This document shows, in pieces, positions 12,322-25,175 of a stretch of DNA of 64,000 nt. This DNA comes from Podarcis vaucheri (Eukaryota). The stretch lies in NCBI GenBank assembly GCA_965113315.1, contig OZ220372.1. One strand, given 5' to 3'. The stretch's first letter is position 1; each line of letters starts with the position of its first letter. The position numbers and the translations under genes are program-made. The notes below the pieces were generated by a model. It had not been told where the DNA came from. It did not search any database and saw nothing but the letters and a program-made list of their open reading frames with translations.

Positions 12322-13736
12322 AAGAATAGTAATGACACCCAATAAATTGGTGAACATGGGGGAGGGATTCAAAAGGGGACTACTTTTGCACATCTCTGCA
12401 AAGTAGTTTGTGCTTAGCCGAAAGCAGTCTAAATTAATGGTTGTCGCCACACAGTTTAGTGGGGGATTTCATATGTGCTGTGAGGAATTACTTTCTTTTG
12501 TGTCTCCTGAATCTCATCTGTCCTCAGCCAATTCTGTTAGGCGGCCCAGAGTTCTGTGCTGTACAAAACAGAGCAGAATGTGTCTGTAGCTACTCTGCAT
12601 ACTAATAATTTTATAATGCTCCCATGGTCCTGCGTAGGATCAAGTTAGATGTTACTTTAGTTGTTTGGTTAGCAACCACATCAGAGGATTTCCTTTTTCA
12701 TGAATACTAGTTGCAGAGGGCTCCAGTTGTCATTGGGAACACATGGTATAAGGGGCAAAAGTTTAGCTATATATTTGACCAAAATCACACACAATTAACT
12801 CCTTAAGAAAGAGAGTGACTCTAATTGGCGCCAATGGGAGGTTTTCTTCGTAAGGCTTTTCTTATTGATTAGAAGCACAGCTGGGGATGGAACAGTTAAA
12901 CATCACTGGAGATATTCTGAAGTATAAAGAATATATATTGTGCTATATTTATTAATTTATTGTGGCAGTTACACATACACACACACCCTTTGTATGATGT
13001 CTGTGGAAAGTACAAGATGATCAATATGCATAAATCTGTTTTAACTACAAGGCTGCTATGCTTCTACTTTCTCAGTAATTTTGAGGGAAATGTTGTTATC
13101 TAGCCTTATTATTTTATAGTCCATATAAATCATGGCATGTTCTTGTTTACAACTCTTTAGCCCTGACTCATATAATTTTTCTGCAAATTATTTTGCCATA
13201 ATTTTTCTCCTTTTAGGTTTGCATTTCCATTAATCTGAGTTAATTGTTGGAAGAGTGTCTAAATAATTTATATACGCAAAAACTAAATAAACCTCATGAT
13301 GTTGTGGCAACACATGCAGTGTCGGGTTAGGGCATCTAAGCAAAGAGGCCAAAATAACCACACTTTTACAGTACTTCCATAGCAGCAGAGTTGTGAGCGT
13401 GTTCTCTTGTTTGTTTGCATGTGGTGATGCTCAGAATACACTTCTCACAGAATTCACTGTTGTCTCCATCCAAATCACCTTGATCAGGCTGTGACCTAGT
13501 AGAGGAAGTGTTCCTGGCTAATGGCTGCTTAATGCTCAAAATACTCTTTCCAAAACTGCTTTTTATATAGAGACAGGTGATGGGTGAAGAGACAGAGGGA
13601 CCACAGCTATTTCCCCTGTCCTCTAGTTCCCAAAGGCATAGTGATTCTAAGCTGGAAATAAGTGACCATGTGAGAAAGGTCTCAGCAGCATCTCCCAAAC
13701 CATCCTTCCTCCACTTAAAGCAGCTTGGTAAGGCCA

Positions 13737-14210
13737 GAGAGCATCACCTTGCCAACAAAGACCCGTATAGTTAAAGCCATGGTTTTCCCAGTAGTGATGT
13801 ATGGAAGTGAGAGCTGGACCATCAAGAAGGCTGATCGCCAAAGAATTGATGCTTTTGAATTATAGTGATGGAGGAGACTATTGAGAGTCCCATGGACTGC
13901 AAGAAGATCAAACCTCTCCATTCTGAAGGAAATCAGCCTTGAGTGCTCACTGGAAGGACAGATCCTGAAGCTGAGACTCCAATACTTTGGCCACCTCATG
14001 AGAAGAGAAGACTCCCTGGAAAAGACCCTGATGTTGGGAAAGATGGAGGGCACGAGAAGGGGACGACAGAGGACGAGATGGTTGGACACTGTTCTCAAAG
14101 CTACCAACATGAGTTTGACCAAACTGCGGGAGGCAGTGGAAGACAGAAGTGCCTGCCGTGCTCTGGTCCATGGGGTCACGATGAGTCGGACACGACTAAA
14201 CAACAACAAC
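13737..14210 (+). mobile_element. BovB (RTE-clade LINE) 3' fragment
   Basis: RRLLRVPWTARRSNLSILKEI...LQYFGHLMRREDSLEKTLMLGK; (CAA)n tail; TSD AAGGCCA (13730-13736 / 14211-14217). Confidence 0.92.
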
Positions 14211-14266
14211 AAGGCCATGTCTTACAATTGAAAAACAAGAATATTGCTGGAAATAATAATGGAAAG

Positions 14267-14345
14267 GCTGTTACACAGTGGTAGAGCAACTGTTTTGCAT
14301 ACAAAAAGTCCCAGGTAGACCAATGATGTGACTTGATTTCCTGTG
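14267..14345 (+). mobile_element. Degenerate short tRNA-derived SINE
   Basis: A-box-like CAGTGGTAGAGCA followed by TTGCATACAAAAAGTCCCAGGT; decayed. Confidence 0.4.
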
Positions 14346-14513
14346 GAACACATGTGTCATTTCAGCTTCAACGGTCATCAGTGGCCTGGATCTTTTCCTG
14401 TGTTCTGTGTTGAAGATGCCGTCCCAAAAGGCGCATATTTGCTAGACTTTGGCTATAGTTACAAGTTTAGAGCTCTGTCTATTCTGAACATGACCTTGAA
14501 CTAGTACCTGGCA

Positions 14514-14660
14514 TCTCAGGTGGTGCAAAGGGTCATTGTGGCTGGCTGTTAACCAGAAGGTTGGTGTTTCAAGCCCACCCAGGGATAGCTGTGGGCAGGA
14601 TTCTTGCATCGCAGTGAGTTCAACTAGATGATCCTTCCAACTTAAAATTATTTGATTCTG
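14514..14660 (+). mobile_element. tRNA-head / CR1-tail SINE, decayed
   Basis: B-box-like GTTTCAAGCCC, then CR1-like end CTAGATGATCCTTCCAAC...TGATTCTG. Confidence 0.5.
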
Positions 14661-16720
14661 TACACATCAGATATATATGCTGCTTTCTCGCCATGCCAAG
14701 CTTGCTCCTATACCTCATATTTAGAAAACATTTTGTGGGTATGCCATGTTCCCTGTCACTGAAGAGCAAGTTGAAGAGTGTGTGCGTCTCTCCTCTACCT
14801 CCCCATGATTACTTTGAACAGCTATTCTGGAAAGTGACTGCACTAGCCCTTTAAAAATGCATCCCTTGGGCTCCTTGGAATTCCTGCTTGCTTTTGCAAT
14901 AGCAACAAAGCTGATTTAAAACCGGCTGGCATTCTGTTTATACCTCTCCAGGGGTTTGCTGAAAAAATAGGTCTGAGGCAGATGGAGAAGAATTCCTAGA
15001 GCTCTCAACTTGCCAACACTAATGAGCATGCTCAGAAGCAACCAGCTCTGGGAATGGCTAAAGAAGCTATGGGAATTGGAGAGGCTAATTAAATGTGACA
15101 GTTGGGAAAACAAGCTGCCAGGCATCTTGGCTTTCTGATCCTGTGTGACAAGGAAAGTGGGGAGTTGGTGGAGCCAAAGTCAACAAAGCAATTGGAAAAC
15201 GTATCATCCACCTGACTCCAGTTTGAGCTAAGAGAAGATAGCACCTTTGGCCCTGTGCTGCCGTGGCTTTTCAGTTGCTGAAGGAAAGGCTTTGAATCCC
15301 ATCAGCCCTGACACAGCTGGAAGAACGGAAGTAAGAGCCAAACTCAGGGGAATGCTGAAGGTCTCAAGAAGCAGCAAAAGGCTGAGATTACTTTGACTAT
15401 GCAAGGACGTTTTTTGTGGGAGCTGTTCTTTGGACATACACAGTGTGACATCATCTAAATAATCCATCAGAGGTTGATGGATTGATCCAACAGGGTATCC
15501 ATCTTTGTCTCATATAATAAGGTACAGGGCCACATGCTATGTGGCAGGGGGTTAACCCTTTCTCCTGTGCCATTTTTCAAAAGCAATCCACTCACCCTGG
15601 AGTTGCTGTTTGTTGCATTAAGGCAATCATGGCTGCTCCCATGACAGTTTTTTTTATTTAGGAAAATAGGAAATAATTACTACTATCAGCAGATCACCAC
15701 CATCTAATCTAATTTGGCCTAAATCACCTGCTGCAATATGCACAAGTATTGGAGGCTGGTGAAGAAAGGAATCCATAAATGAGGTGAGAAGTAATTTCAT
15801 TTATGTGCCCTATTTTCTTCCTATCTGATAGAATAACTGAGCATCTTTGCCCATTCACCCTTCTTTCCAAGAAATACCACCTCGTGCACATTGGGAGAGT
15901 GAAGGCTAAGCTTTCCTAACAGTATAAATAGCATGTTCAGTTATTTGCTTTTAAAAGAAATTAGAGGCATGAGAGCCCAGCATGAATCTCTTAGGCTCGT
16001 GTCTCGTTTGTCATCCTGGTTTGTGTTTCGGGGCACTGTAGCCATTAATGGAGTGACGAAGGAAAGAGGATTTTTGGTGTTTCCAGCAAGGTTGGGAGGA
16101 ATGAGTAAGCAGCTTCATTTCCTGCTGCCCTCCATGCAGTATTTTGAAGTGAATAGGTCTCTCATCTTCACATTCACTCCTGCCCTGCAGCTCAGCTAGA
16201 AATCCTCACTTAATCTGCACTTCGCCTAAGTCAGGGCAGGAGAATTTTTTGGCCCTTCCGGATGTTATTTGCCTACAACTGACATCATCACTGACCATTG
16301 TCCATGCTGACTGGGGCTGATAGAAGTTGTAAGGCCACAAGTTGTTCACAGGAAGACCCCTGCTATCTTCAGATGAAGATGAAAAATGGAGAACATCCTG
16401 AGTGCTATACGTGTGAAGATGGAAGTTATTTCTGCCCAGGGTTATAGTCTCTGCATGCCTGTGTATACAGAAACCAATTTGTAGAGTTTCACCATCCTTT
16501 AGCATGCCCAAGAATCAGGTCCCCAGATAGAGAGGTGAGGCTATGTAGACAGGAGAGGCTTGATTCTTGACTTGCAGTCTGGGACACTGCCAAACCCTGC
16601 TGTTTCTCCTGGTTCCTAGGATCTCTATTATGTTAAAGGCAGAAGACTGCTCTCCAGCCTTGTTCCTGCAGTAGAGATTTCAAGTGCAGAGCATCTAGAG
16701 ATGCACTGCATCCCTTATGA

Positions 16721-16990
16721 CAGGGGTAGGCAGCCTAAGGCCCATGGGCCACAAGCGGCCCACGGGAGTCGTTTAACCGGCCCCCGAGCCGCCCCCGAAA
16801 CGAGCTGCCTGCTTGGCGAGTCCCCGCACGCTGCGCTAAACCGGCACAGAGCGGGGACTCGCTTCCACGGTGCTGGAAATCGCATCTGTGCAGACGCCGG
16901 AAATCGCGGCTGCACGTGCGCGATCCAGCCCATGGAGGGATCTCTGCTGGAGTGAACCGGCCCAGGTGAGGTAAACCTTGCCAACCCCTG
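16721..16990. mobile_element. hAT (Charlie-like) MITE
   Basis: TIRs CAGGGGTAGGCA / TGCCAACCCCTG; perfect 8-bp TSD CCTTATGA; related copy at 46419-46644. Confidence 0.88.
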
Positions 16991-18345
16991 CCTTATGAGA
17001 CCTCAAGACGTTCATGCTTTGCATATTCTGCCAGTTATAAGGATGGGCGTTTTGGTAATTACAAATGTAAGCTACTGAGCAGACAACTTCATACCGCCTA
17101 ACAGGGATACAAGATGACAAACTGACTAGCATCTTTATTTACTGCGTTCCTAAGAAAACATTGGACTTCACTTTAGTGGGCAGCTGCAGTGCTGCCTGAA
17201 AGGAATCTACTAAGCCAATTACAGTATTGTTTGCTTCAAGACACTTCAGACATGGATAATCAGCCACTATTCATCACTGTGCACCTGCTCAAAAAATACT
17301 AACGGCAATACTAAAAGGAGCTGATGGGATGTGAAGCTGTTATCCTATTGTCCGTAATTTAAACTGACGTAAATACAAGAATCTGGCCATACAAGGTGGG
17401 TCAGAGAAAGAATAAGATGTGTTGAATCCACTTGTTTAGTAGGGGAGAAACCCACCGCGCATGTGCGTAGTGCTGCTCTTCAATGCAAAGACAAAAATTG
17501 CCTCCTCTACCCTTAATTACTAGCAATAATGGGCGAATATATAACTATTTTACCATGTAAGGCTTATCACAAAGGCTCTCATGGTTACTGGAGTCAGCCA
17601 TCACACTTCATACAAAACAAGCAGATGAAATGAGAAAGAAGAGATTGTGGTTGCAGCTGATACGATCTTTACAATATGTGTTTAAGCCTACATGAGATAT
17701 GATTTATTTATTTTCTATAAGGGACTGCCAGATATAAACATTTTCAAGTTCAAGGTGGCTAATGGTATGAAAAGACAGACAAAGCAGTCAAAAATTAAAG
17801 CCAAACTAATGGGGGAAACTAGACTGTGAAGGGGAGCAGTTTAGGATTTGTATTGGACAACTGCTTGCATTCAAAGCCTGCTCTCTCCCTGTGGCTTTCA
17901 AATCTGATCATAGACAGGTTCCCCAAATCAAAGAACTGGCTGAGCTTCTAGGAGAAACCATTCCCCAATCCCAGTTCTCACTTTCCCCCCTCCTCCATGT
18001 GATAATGGATCTGCATATGCAGTTGCATAGAGAAATACGAACAGCCATGCGTGAAGTAGAACTACCTAGGCAAGTACCAGCTGGCATCTGCTGCTATTGG
18101 TAGTCTCTGAACAAAGGAAATGGGGCCTGTTTATTTTGACTGCACGCTTGCAGTCAGAATTCAGTTAATTTTTTACCTTCTACAGCATTCTGGTTTTTAC
18201 ATGCTTCAGAAATGTTGTTATTCTTTCCCCATGTGAGAAGCTTGATGATCATGGCATTCCGCCTTCTGGGCACTTATGCCTTCTGTAGCGTGGGGAAACC
18301 CTTCCACAACGGTGTGTAGAATCTTACTCCAGGGTCCTAAAGGAA

Positions 18346-18348
<3 letters not shown>

Positions 18349-18379
<31 letters not shown>
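18349..18379. repeat. (TG)n microsatellite
   Basis: Direct observation. Confidence 0.95.
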
Positions 18380-18381
<2 letters not shown>

Positions 18382-18474
18382 CGCTTGCAGAAAAGGTTCA
18401 AGGCAGTTCTGAGCTTTAAAAGAATCTCAGAAGAGCTGCAAAACAACAAGAATCTTGAGGCATCTAACAAATCA

Positions 18475-18732
18475 TCGTATTTTTCGCTCTATAAGATGCA
18501 CCTGACCATAAGCCGCACCTAGGTTTTGGAGGAGGAAAACAAGGGGGGGAAAATCTGAATCTCAGAAGCCAGAGCAACAAGAGGGATCGCTGCTTTCGCT
18601 GCGCAGCGATCCCTCTTGCTGTTCTGGCTTCAGGGATAGCTGTGCAGCCTGCATTCGCTCCATAAGACGCACACACATTTCCCCTTACTTTTTAGGAGGG
18701 AAAAAGTGAGTCTTATAGAGCAAAAAATACGG
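18475..18732. mobile_element. Tc2/pogo-like MITE
   Basis: TIRs (T)CGTATTTTTCGCTCTATAAGA / TCTTATAGAGCAAAAAATACGG; TA on the right, CA on the left. Confidence 0.75.
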
Positions 18733-18823
18733 TAATTATACAGCATAAGCTTTTGTGAGCAAGTGGGCTTGACTGCTCAATGCCACCAATTCATTACTGA
18801 GCTCAGTTCAAGATGCTGGTGCA

Positions 18824-18869
<46 letters not shown>

Positions 18870-18978
18870 TATTATTTGTACCCCACCCATCTGGCTGGGT
18901 TTCCCCACCACTCTGGGCGGCTTCCAACAAAGTCAAAAAATACACTAAAATGTCACACATTAAAAACTTCCCTGAACA
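18824..18978 (-). mobile_element. L2 LINE 3' end with (TTA)n tail
   Basis: Reverse complement of the 3' end shared with the L2 copies at 37343 and 61086. Confidence 0.85.
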
Positions 18979-19824
18979 ATGCCCTGTACAACTTGGGACC
19001 AGGATATTTAATATACCACCTCATCTTTTGTATACCTGAGAGGCCCTCCAGCAGATACCATCTCATCAGGAGGTTCATTCCGTATGGTGTAGGAATCGTG
19101 CCTTTAATGTGACAGCACCTACCCTTAAAAATTCCATCCCATAATATATCACACAAATATCATCTCTGTTTTCTTTTCAGCAGCTGTTGAAGACCTCCTT
19201 ATTTCAACAAGCCTTTTAAGTGGAGATATTTACCCCACCCTGTTCTGTATCAGTCCTGATCTGAAACTGGTTTTCTGTATATTCTTATGGCTATGTTTTT
19301 ATTGTAATGGCTTCGGGATGTTTCATGAGCAACTGTTCCTAAGTAAAATAATTGAATAAAATTATTTATTAGCTTTTTAGGTACCACGAGACTTATTTTG
19401 TTATTGGGGGGGGGTTGGGGAGGGGGTGCTGTGGGAGACTGACACAGCTACCCCTCTGGAGATCAGAAGAGCAGCAATATTTGTCCACCTTATCCTCTGA
19501 GGCAGGAAAATAAGCAACACTTCTGAAATACACAGGGCATCAATTTTTGTCAAGTTTCTGTCTATAAGAATAATTCAGCAATGGAATAAGCTGCCTGCGG
19601 TATTATGGAACGGTCTTCTTCTAGAGACTTTGCCTGCATGCAGTGATCTGCTTTTAGCCAGAAGGCACTATGTTTCTCTGGTCTGAGTCTGCCTGCTGTA
19701 ACTTAATGATTCTTATTCTTTCCTTATAGGTGCTCACTTTATCCTTAAGCCTTTGTTTTGCTCTTTGCTTATAGATGTCGGTTTTACCTTTAAACCTTTG
19801 TTTTATATGCTGGCTATCTTGCAG

Positions 19825-19946
19825 ATGTTCAAATGAGACCAGACTCAAAACTGAAGAGACATATTGGGCATATAACTTCTGCCCTACGCCATACTCTTGG
19901 ACGGCGCTCGTGGGACTTATTTTATACCTGGTTTTCTTTGCACCAG
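19825..19946 (+). CDS. SLC2A13: SLC2A13 coding exon (122 bp)
   Basis: ttgcag|A...CCAG|gtaaac; [41 protein letters not shown]; phases 2 in / 1 out. Confidence 0.97.
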
Positions 19947-20726
19947 GTAAACAGATTTGGCGTGTTTAGTTTTCATGTGAAATAAATTGGACCTGTGGAG
20001 CTGTTATATTCCAGGAAAAGTTCTAGGACTGATAAAAGTCTTAGACATATTTGTGTGCCTGCCTCACTTCGAGGAGAAAATGATGAGCGAACTGCCTCTC
20101 TTGCCATTATTTGAACACACTGTCTCCTTGGCCACCGGATTGAAAACCTCTGTTCTCTGACAAAAGTGGGCAGGGAGATACTGCTTTCAAATAACTGGTA
20201 TAACCCAGTTCACTCACTCATTACTCCCCTCCCCCCGAGAAAGACGTCCGTGTGAGAGCCTCAGGCTCATATTGGATCAGGAACTCTCCTGGAATGTAAC
20301 AACTCAACAGATTGACCTTTGCAATAATGATTAATATCATCTTGCTACTCAGCCTTTGTTTTACTATACCTTTTTAATTTTTCATATTTTTTTCCCAGTG
20401 TTTCCCAGGAATTTCTCCCCCTTTTCCAGTTCCCTTAATGTTGCTGTTCACTTCCTTGATTTTAAATTTAAATGAAAAATCAAAGGAGGGGGATTAAGGC
20501 TACATTCTCCTGCCATTTCTGCATATTGTTAACACATTCCATACCTCATTCCTTTACTTAAAATAATCCCCCAAAAGCCCAAGTATCTCTTTGCTTTTCT
20601 TGGTGCCCTTGCCAGTTTCAATATCCTTCGTATATTCTTCTTGCTAAAACTATCAGCTCCATGTGCCGAGTGTCAGTATGTTGAAGAGTTAGTCCTTTTA
20701 GCATTGTAGGAGCAAGCATTTAACTA

Positions 20727-20978
20727 CAGTGGTACCTTGGTTTACAAACTTAATCCGTTCCGGAAGTCCGTTCTTAAACCAAAGCGTTCTTAAACCAAGG
20801 CGTGCTTTCCCATAGCAGTGGGGGACTCAATTTACAAACGGAACACACTCAACAGGAAGCGAAACATGTTCTGCTTCCAAGGCAAAGTTCACAAACCAAA
20901 ACACCTACTTCCAGGTTTGCAGTGTTCTTAATCCAAGTTATTCATAAACTAAGCTGTTCTTAAACCAAGGTACCACTG
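20727..20978. mobile_element. Tigger-like MITE
   Basis: TA TSD; TIRs CAGTGGTACCTTGGTTTA / TAAACCAAGGTACCACTG. Confidence 0.9.
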
Positions 20979-21420
20979 TACTTAAATAATTCTATGCAAA
21001 CGACAATTTTCTGAACTACAGAAATAGGTACAATAAAGAGTCATCTTTCTAAGCCATACATACATACATACAATAATGGTTGGAATACCTCCATCTATGC
21101 ATCTATAAAAACAGGTTGACTTCCGTCTTCCTCTTCCCAAAAGTATCCCTTCATTAGATCCACAGTTAGGTACAGTATTCTTCAATCTCCATTTCCTTCT
21201 GTCACTCCCAACAGACACTAGTGTGTGCTGAATAATACCCCCCCAATATAAGATTTAGATCTCTGAGTAACTTAATTTTTCCTCATATGGCGGCTTTCTA
21301 CTGAAGTAAAATATTACTGTTCCAACATTCTGTTTGTACCACATCCCATTTTTGAAGATCCTTTGGTATTTGATGTGAATGTTCATTAATATTAATTTTG
21401 TGGCATGTTTCTTTTAAAAG

Positions 21421-21573
21421 GAATGGGACCAATGCCGTGGACAGTAAATTCTGAAATATACCCCCTTTGGGCTAGAAGTACAGGAAATGCCTGTTCTTCC
21501 GGCGTGAACTGGATTTTCAACGTCCTAGTGTCACTTACATTTCTGCACACAGCTGAATATCTGACGTACTATG
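21421..21573 (+). CDS. SLC2A13: SLC2A13 coding exon (153 bp)
   Basis: taaaag|GA...TATG|gtaaga; [51 protein letters not shown] with sugar-porter GPxPW and SEIYP..R motifs. Confidence 0.98.
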
Positions 21574-22207
21574 GTAAGAAGTGTGTTCTGTCTTAAATAG
21601 TACCAAGATCATTGCGTTTAAGATCCTTGGAATTTTAGCTTTTCATCAGCTAAGGTCTCGATGGGCAGTTTAGCTTTCCTTTTTAAAGGCCTCTAGAAAA
21701 TTTGTGTATATATTCTCTTTTCAAGACTTTGTGTTGCTGAGTTTTGTTTCTAAACAGCGTTCCCAAAGCTGTATTAGTGCTTTCAGTGGTTTGTGAGTAG
21801 TTAAACTTCCAAGTAGTAGACGTTTTACATTTTTTAATCATTTGGCTTTAAGAACAGGGTGTGTTGCCAAGCCACCCATCACTGAGTCATCCTGGGCCAG
21901 TTTCAGGGTTGAGAGGCCCTTGGCCACATGCTCTCTGTTGGTTCCCCAACAGTTGTGCTTGTACCCATAAATTCTAGCTCTCCCAAAGCGTAATGCTTGG
22001 CTGTGTGACATTGTGGTGACAAAAACCCATGTTGGCATGGAACAGTGGAAAGTCTGGGACATTGCACTTTAGGAAAACTAAGGTGGCATCCAGGGCCTGG
22101 TGTGGAGGCTCAGCAGTTACCACCTTGCTAGCTTCACCATGATGCCAGGACGTGTCTGGGGACCCATTCCTGAGTCCTTCAAGTCATGCTGCTTGTAATC
22201 TAGCTGA

Positions 22208-22560
22208 AAAAGGTAAAGGGACCCCTGACCCTTAGGTCCGTTTGTGACCAACTCTGGGGTTGCGGCGCTCATCTCGCTTTATTGTCCAAGGATGCTGGCG
22301 TACAGCTTCTGGGTCATATGGCCAGCATGACTAAGCTGCTTCTGGAAAACCAGAGCAGTGCATGGAAACGCCGTTTACCTTCCTGCTGGAGAGGTACCTA
22401 TTTATCTACTTGCACTTTGACGTGCTTTTGAACTGCTAGGTTGGCAGGAGCAGGGACCGAGCAATGGGAGCTCACCCCGTCGCGGGGATTCGAACCGCCA
22501 ACCTTCTGATTGGCAAATCCTAGGCTCTGTGGTTTAACCCACAGTGCCACCCACATCCCA
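22208..22560 (-). mobile_element. Sauria SINE
   Basis: Perfect 12-bp TSD TAATCTAGCTGA (22196-22207 / 22561-22572). Confidence 0.92.
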
Positions 22561-22932
22561 TAATCTAGCTGATAGCCTTGCCCTTTTCCCAAAAACCCAT
22601 ATTACTGAGTTCCTCCAGTCTCTCTCTGTGGTAACTTGCATTCTTTAGCAAGTCTCTTTACTAAAGAAATTTTAAATGAGATTTGAGTGTTATTGGGACG
22701 CCATCATGGTTTTGCAAAAATTAAATATTTGGAATCTTGACCAATATAATTATTTGAATGCATATTAAAATAATTATTTGTTTCTGAAACCTTCATTTTA
22801 ACTTTGCTAAGATATATAGCAGATCTTTTATTGTTGTGACCTTGTATTTTGTTTTAGAGGAAAACTTTCTATTAACTCTGTGTCTGGGGGGGGTTGTTTG
22901 TTTGTTTGTTTGTTTGTTTGTTTGTATTGCAG

Positions 22933-23159
22933 GAGCATTCTTCCTTTATGCGGGATTTGCTTTTGTGGGACTCATTTTCCTCTACGGCTGCCTTCCTGAG
23001 ACGAAAGGGAAGAAACTGGAGGAAATTGAATGCTTATTTGAGAACTCACTGTGTACATGTGGCATTTCAGATTCAGATGACGGGAGGTATATTGAATATA
23101 TCCGGGTGAAGGGAAGTAATTACCATCTTTCTGACAATGATGCTTCTGATGTGGAATGA
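22933..23159 (+). CDS. SLC2A13: SLC2A13 terminal coding exon (227 bp including TGA)
   Basis: ttgcag|GA; [33 protein letters not shown]...[23 protein letters not shown]; PETKG motif and HMIT C-terminus. Confidence 0.98.
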
Positions 23160-24645
23160 TTTTCAGCTGCTGGTGTATTTAATCAAGCCGGGGTGGTGTT
23201 GTTTTTGGCAGGGGGTGGTGGTGAAGGAGCAGTTCTTGATGACCTCACTGCCCTGCTTCTGGTCTGGTTCTCCTTTCTACTGTCTTATCCAGCTTCACTT
23301 TCCTGTTCCAAACCATGTCATTTGAGACGAATACAGCAAAACAGGACACTGATCTTTCAATTAGTCAAAAAGGGACAATTGTGAGGGGGAGGGAATTATT
23401 CTGGGAGGATACAAACATTCCATGTGGGTGTATGTCTGAGGTCCTAGAAATGACGATACGAAACTCAATTGATGATATACCATGCATTTTTGTCCCACTT
23501 GAAAAAAGTGAAAAAGAACAGCTAGTCAGAAACCAAATGAATCATTAAAGTACGGTTACCTGGCAACCGAGGGTTGATACAAAAGTGCTCAGCCTCTTAC
23601 AAAACAAGCGGGAGAGAGAGAGAGAAATCGGCTGCCTGCTGTGGAAATTGTAATTTAATATTAGTACCGTACTTCTTTCAAAAGTAGATTCATTTGTATG
23701 CAAGGAGAAGGCAGGGTGTTGCAGCCCTTTGGGTCGCTTCCTTCCTTCCTTCCTTTGGGCATGCCTATCTTTGAAATAACTTGCCACTGTTTTACGACCA
23801 TTGCTCTGCACAAGGGACCCCCGAGAACAGCCACAGGGCAGGTCTGCAGAGAATTTTGGCGCTGGTTTTTAGCATTCTCTCTTGGGTAGTGTTGTGGGTG
23901 GTTGCTTGAAACACAACTGCACGCGAGCAATTCTGGGTAGCAGTCTGTTTGGTTCAACAGCAGATCCATGCACATTGCTTCCTTGAACCTGGTAAAATTT
24001 GACAAAAGCTGATCCCTTCATGAAGCCCCTTCTCCTTTATGAAGCTATGGGTGAGCTAGAACTTCTACCATAAAAAGGGTGAGGGGGCAGATACACTATT
24101 TCCCCTTATTCTGCCCTCCCCAAAGAATGGAAAGCCCCATTGGAGCAACTAATGTTCATCTCTATTCCCCTCCAAAAGATCAAACAAGCAGGCAAGACCT
24201 GTGCACAGGAAACTTTCCATTAACTTGGTTGAGCACCTTTTATTGAATGAAACTTGCTCATGGCTAAACACTGCAGAAGACTCTTGGCCATTGAGGAAAG
24301 TGTGGTTGGTAATATAGTTCTGGATTAAATACTGTGTGGAACCTTCACTTCCAGCTAAACACAGAAAAGTAAAAACGAAAGGGCTCTAGTACAGAACACT
24401 CTGAAGCCTACATCAGGTGTGGGGGTCCTGTGACCCTCGGGATGCTGTTGAACCTAAATTCCCATCAGCTCCAGCCAGTGTGACCAGTGGTCAGAAATGG
24501 TGGTAGTTGGTAGTTATAGTGCCAACAACTCCTGGAAGGCTGCAAGGTTCTCCTACCCCCTCCTGCATATAATTGTATACCTAAGGAAAAGGTGGTTCTG
24601 CAGAAGAACTAGAAGTTAAAAGCACATGTCTAGGTTAGCAACTAA

Positions 24646-25175
24646 GGGACACGGGTGGCGCTGTGGGTTAAACCACAGAGCCTAGGGCTTGCCGATCAGA
24701 AGGTTGGCGGTTTGAATCCCCGTGACGGGGTGAGCTTCCGTTTCTCAGTCCCTGCTCCTGCCAACCTAGCAGTTCAAAAGCACGTCAAAGTGCAAGTAGA
24801 TAAATAGGTACCGCTCCAGTGGGAACAGTGGCATAGCGTGGGGGGTGCAGGGGGGGCCGGCCGCACCGGGCGCAACATCTGGGGTTTAGGGTTAGGGGGC
24901 GCAAATCCACGGATTAGGGGGCGCAAATCCACGGGTTAGGGAGCGCAAATTACTTGCCTTGCCCCGGGTGCTGACAACCCACGCTACACCACTGAGTGGG
25001 AAGGTAAACGGCGTTTCCGTGCGCTGCTCTGGTTCTCCAGAAGCAGCTTAGCCATGCTGGCCACATGACCCAGAAGCTGTATGCCGGCTCCCTCGGCCAA
25101 TAAAGCGAGATGAGCGCTGCAACCCCAGAGTCGGCCACGACTGGACCTAACGGTCAGGGGTCCCTTTACCTTTAC
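24646..25175 (+). mobile_element. Sauria SINE interrupted by a hAT MITE
   Basis: 14-bp TSD CTAGGTTAG(C/T)AACT (24630-24643 / 25176-25189). Confidence 0.92.
24826..24994. mobile_element. 169-bp hAT MITE with TTAGGG-containing 22-bp internal repeats
   Basis: Perfect 8-bp TSD AGTGGGAA; 17-bp TIRs CAGTGG(CA/TG)TAGCGTGGG. Confidence 0.9.

Noticed and set aside
14345-14390. Hammerhead-like CTGATGA...GAAA on the - strand
   Set aside because: Stem II and stem I cannot form; CTGATGA at ~39216 likewise lacks the GAAA core.
24646-24730. tRNA genes
   Set aside because: All A/B-box sequences are SINE heads continuing into SINE bodies and tails.
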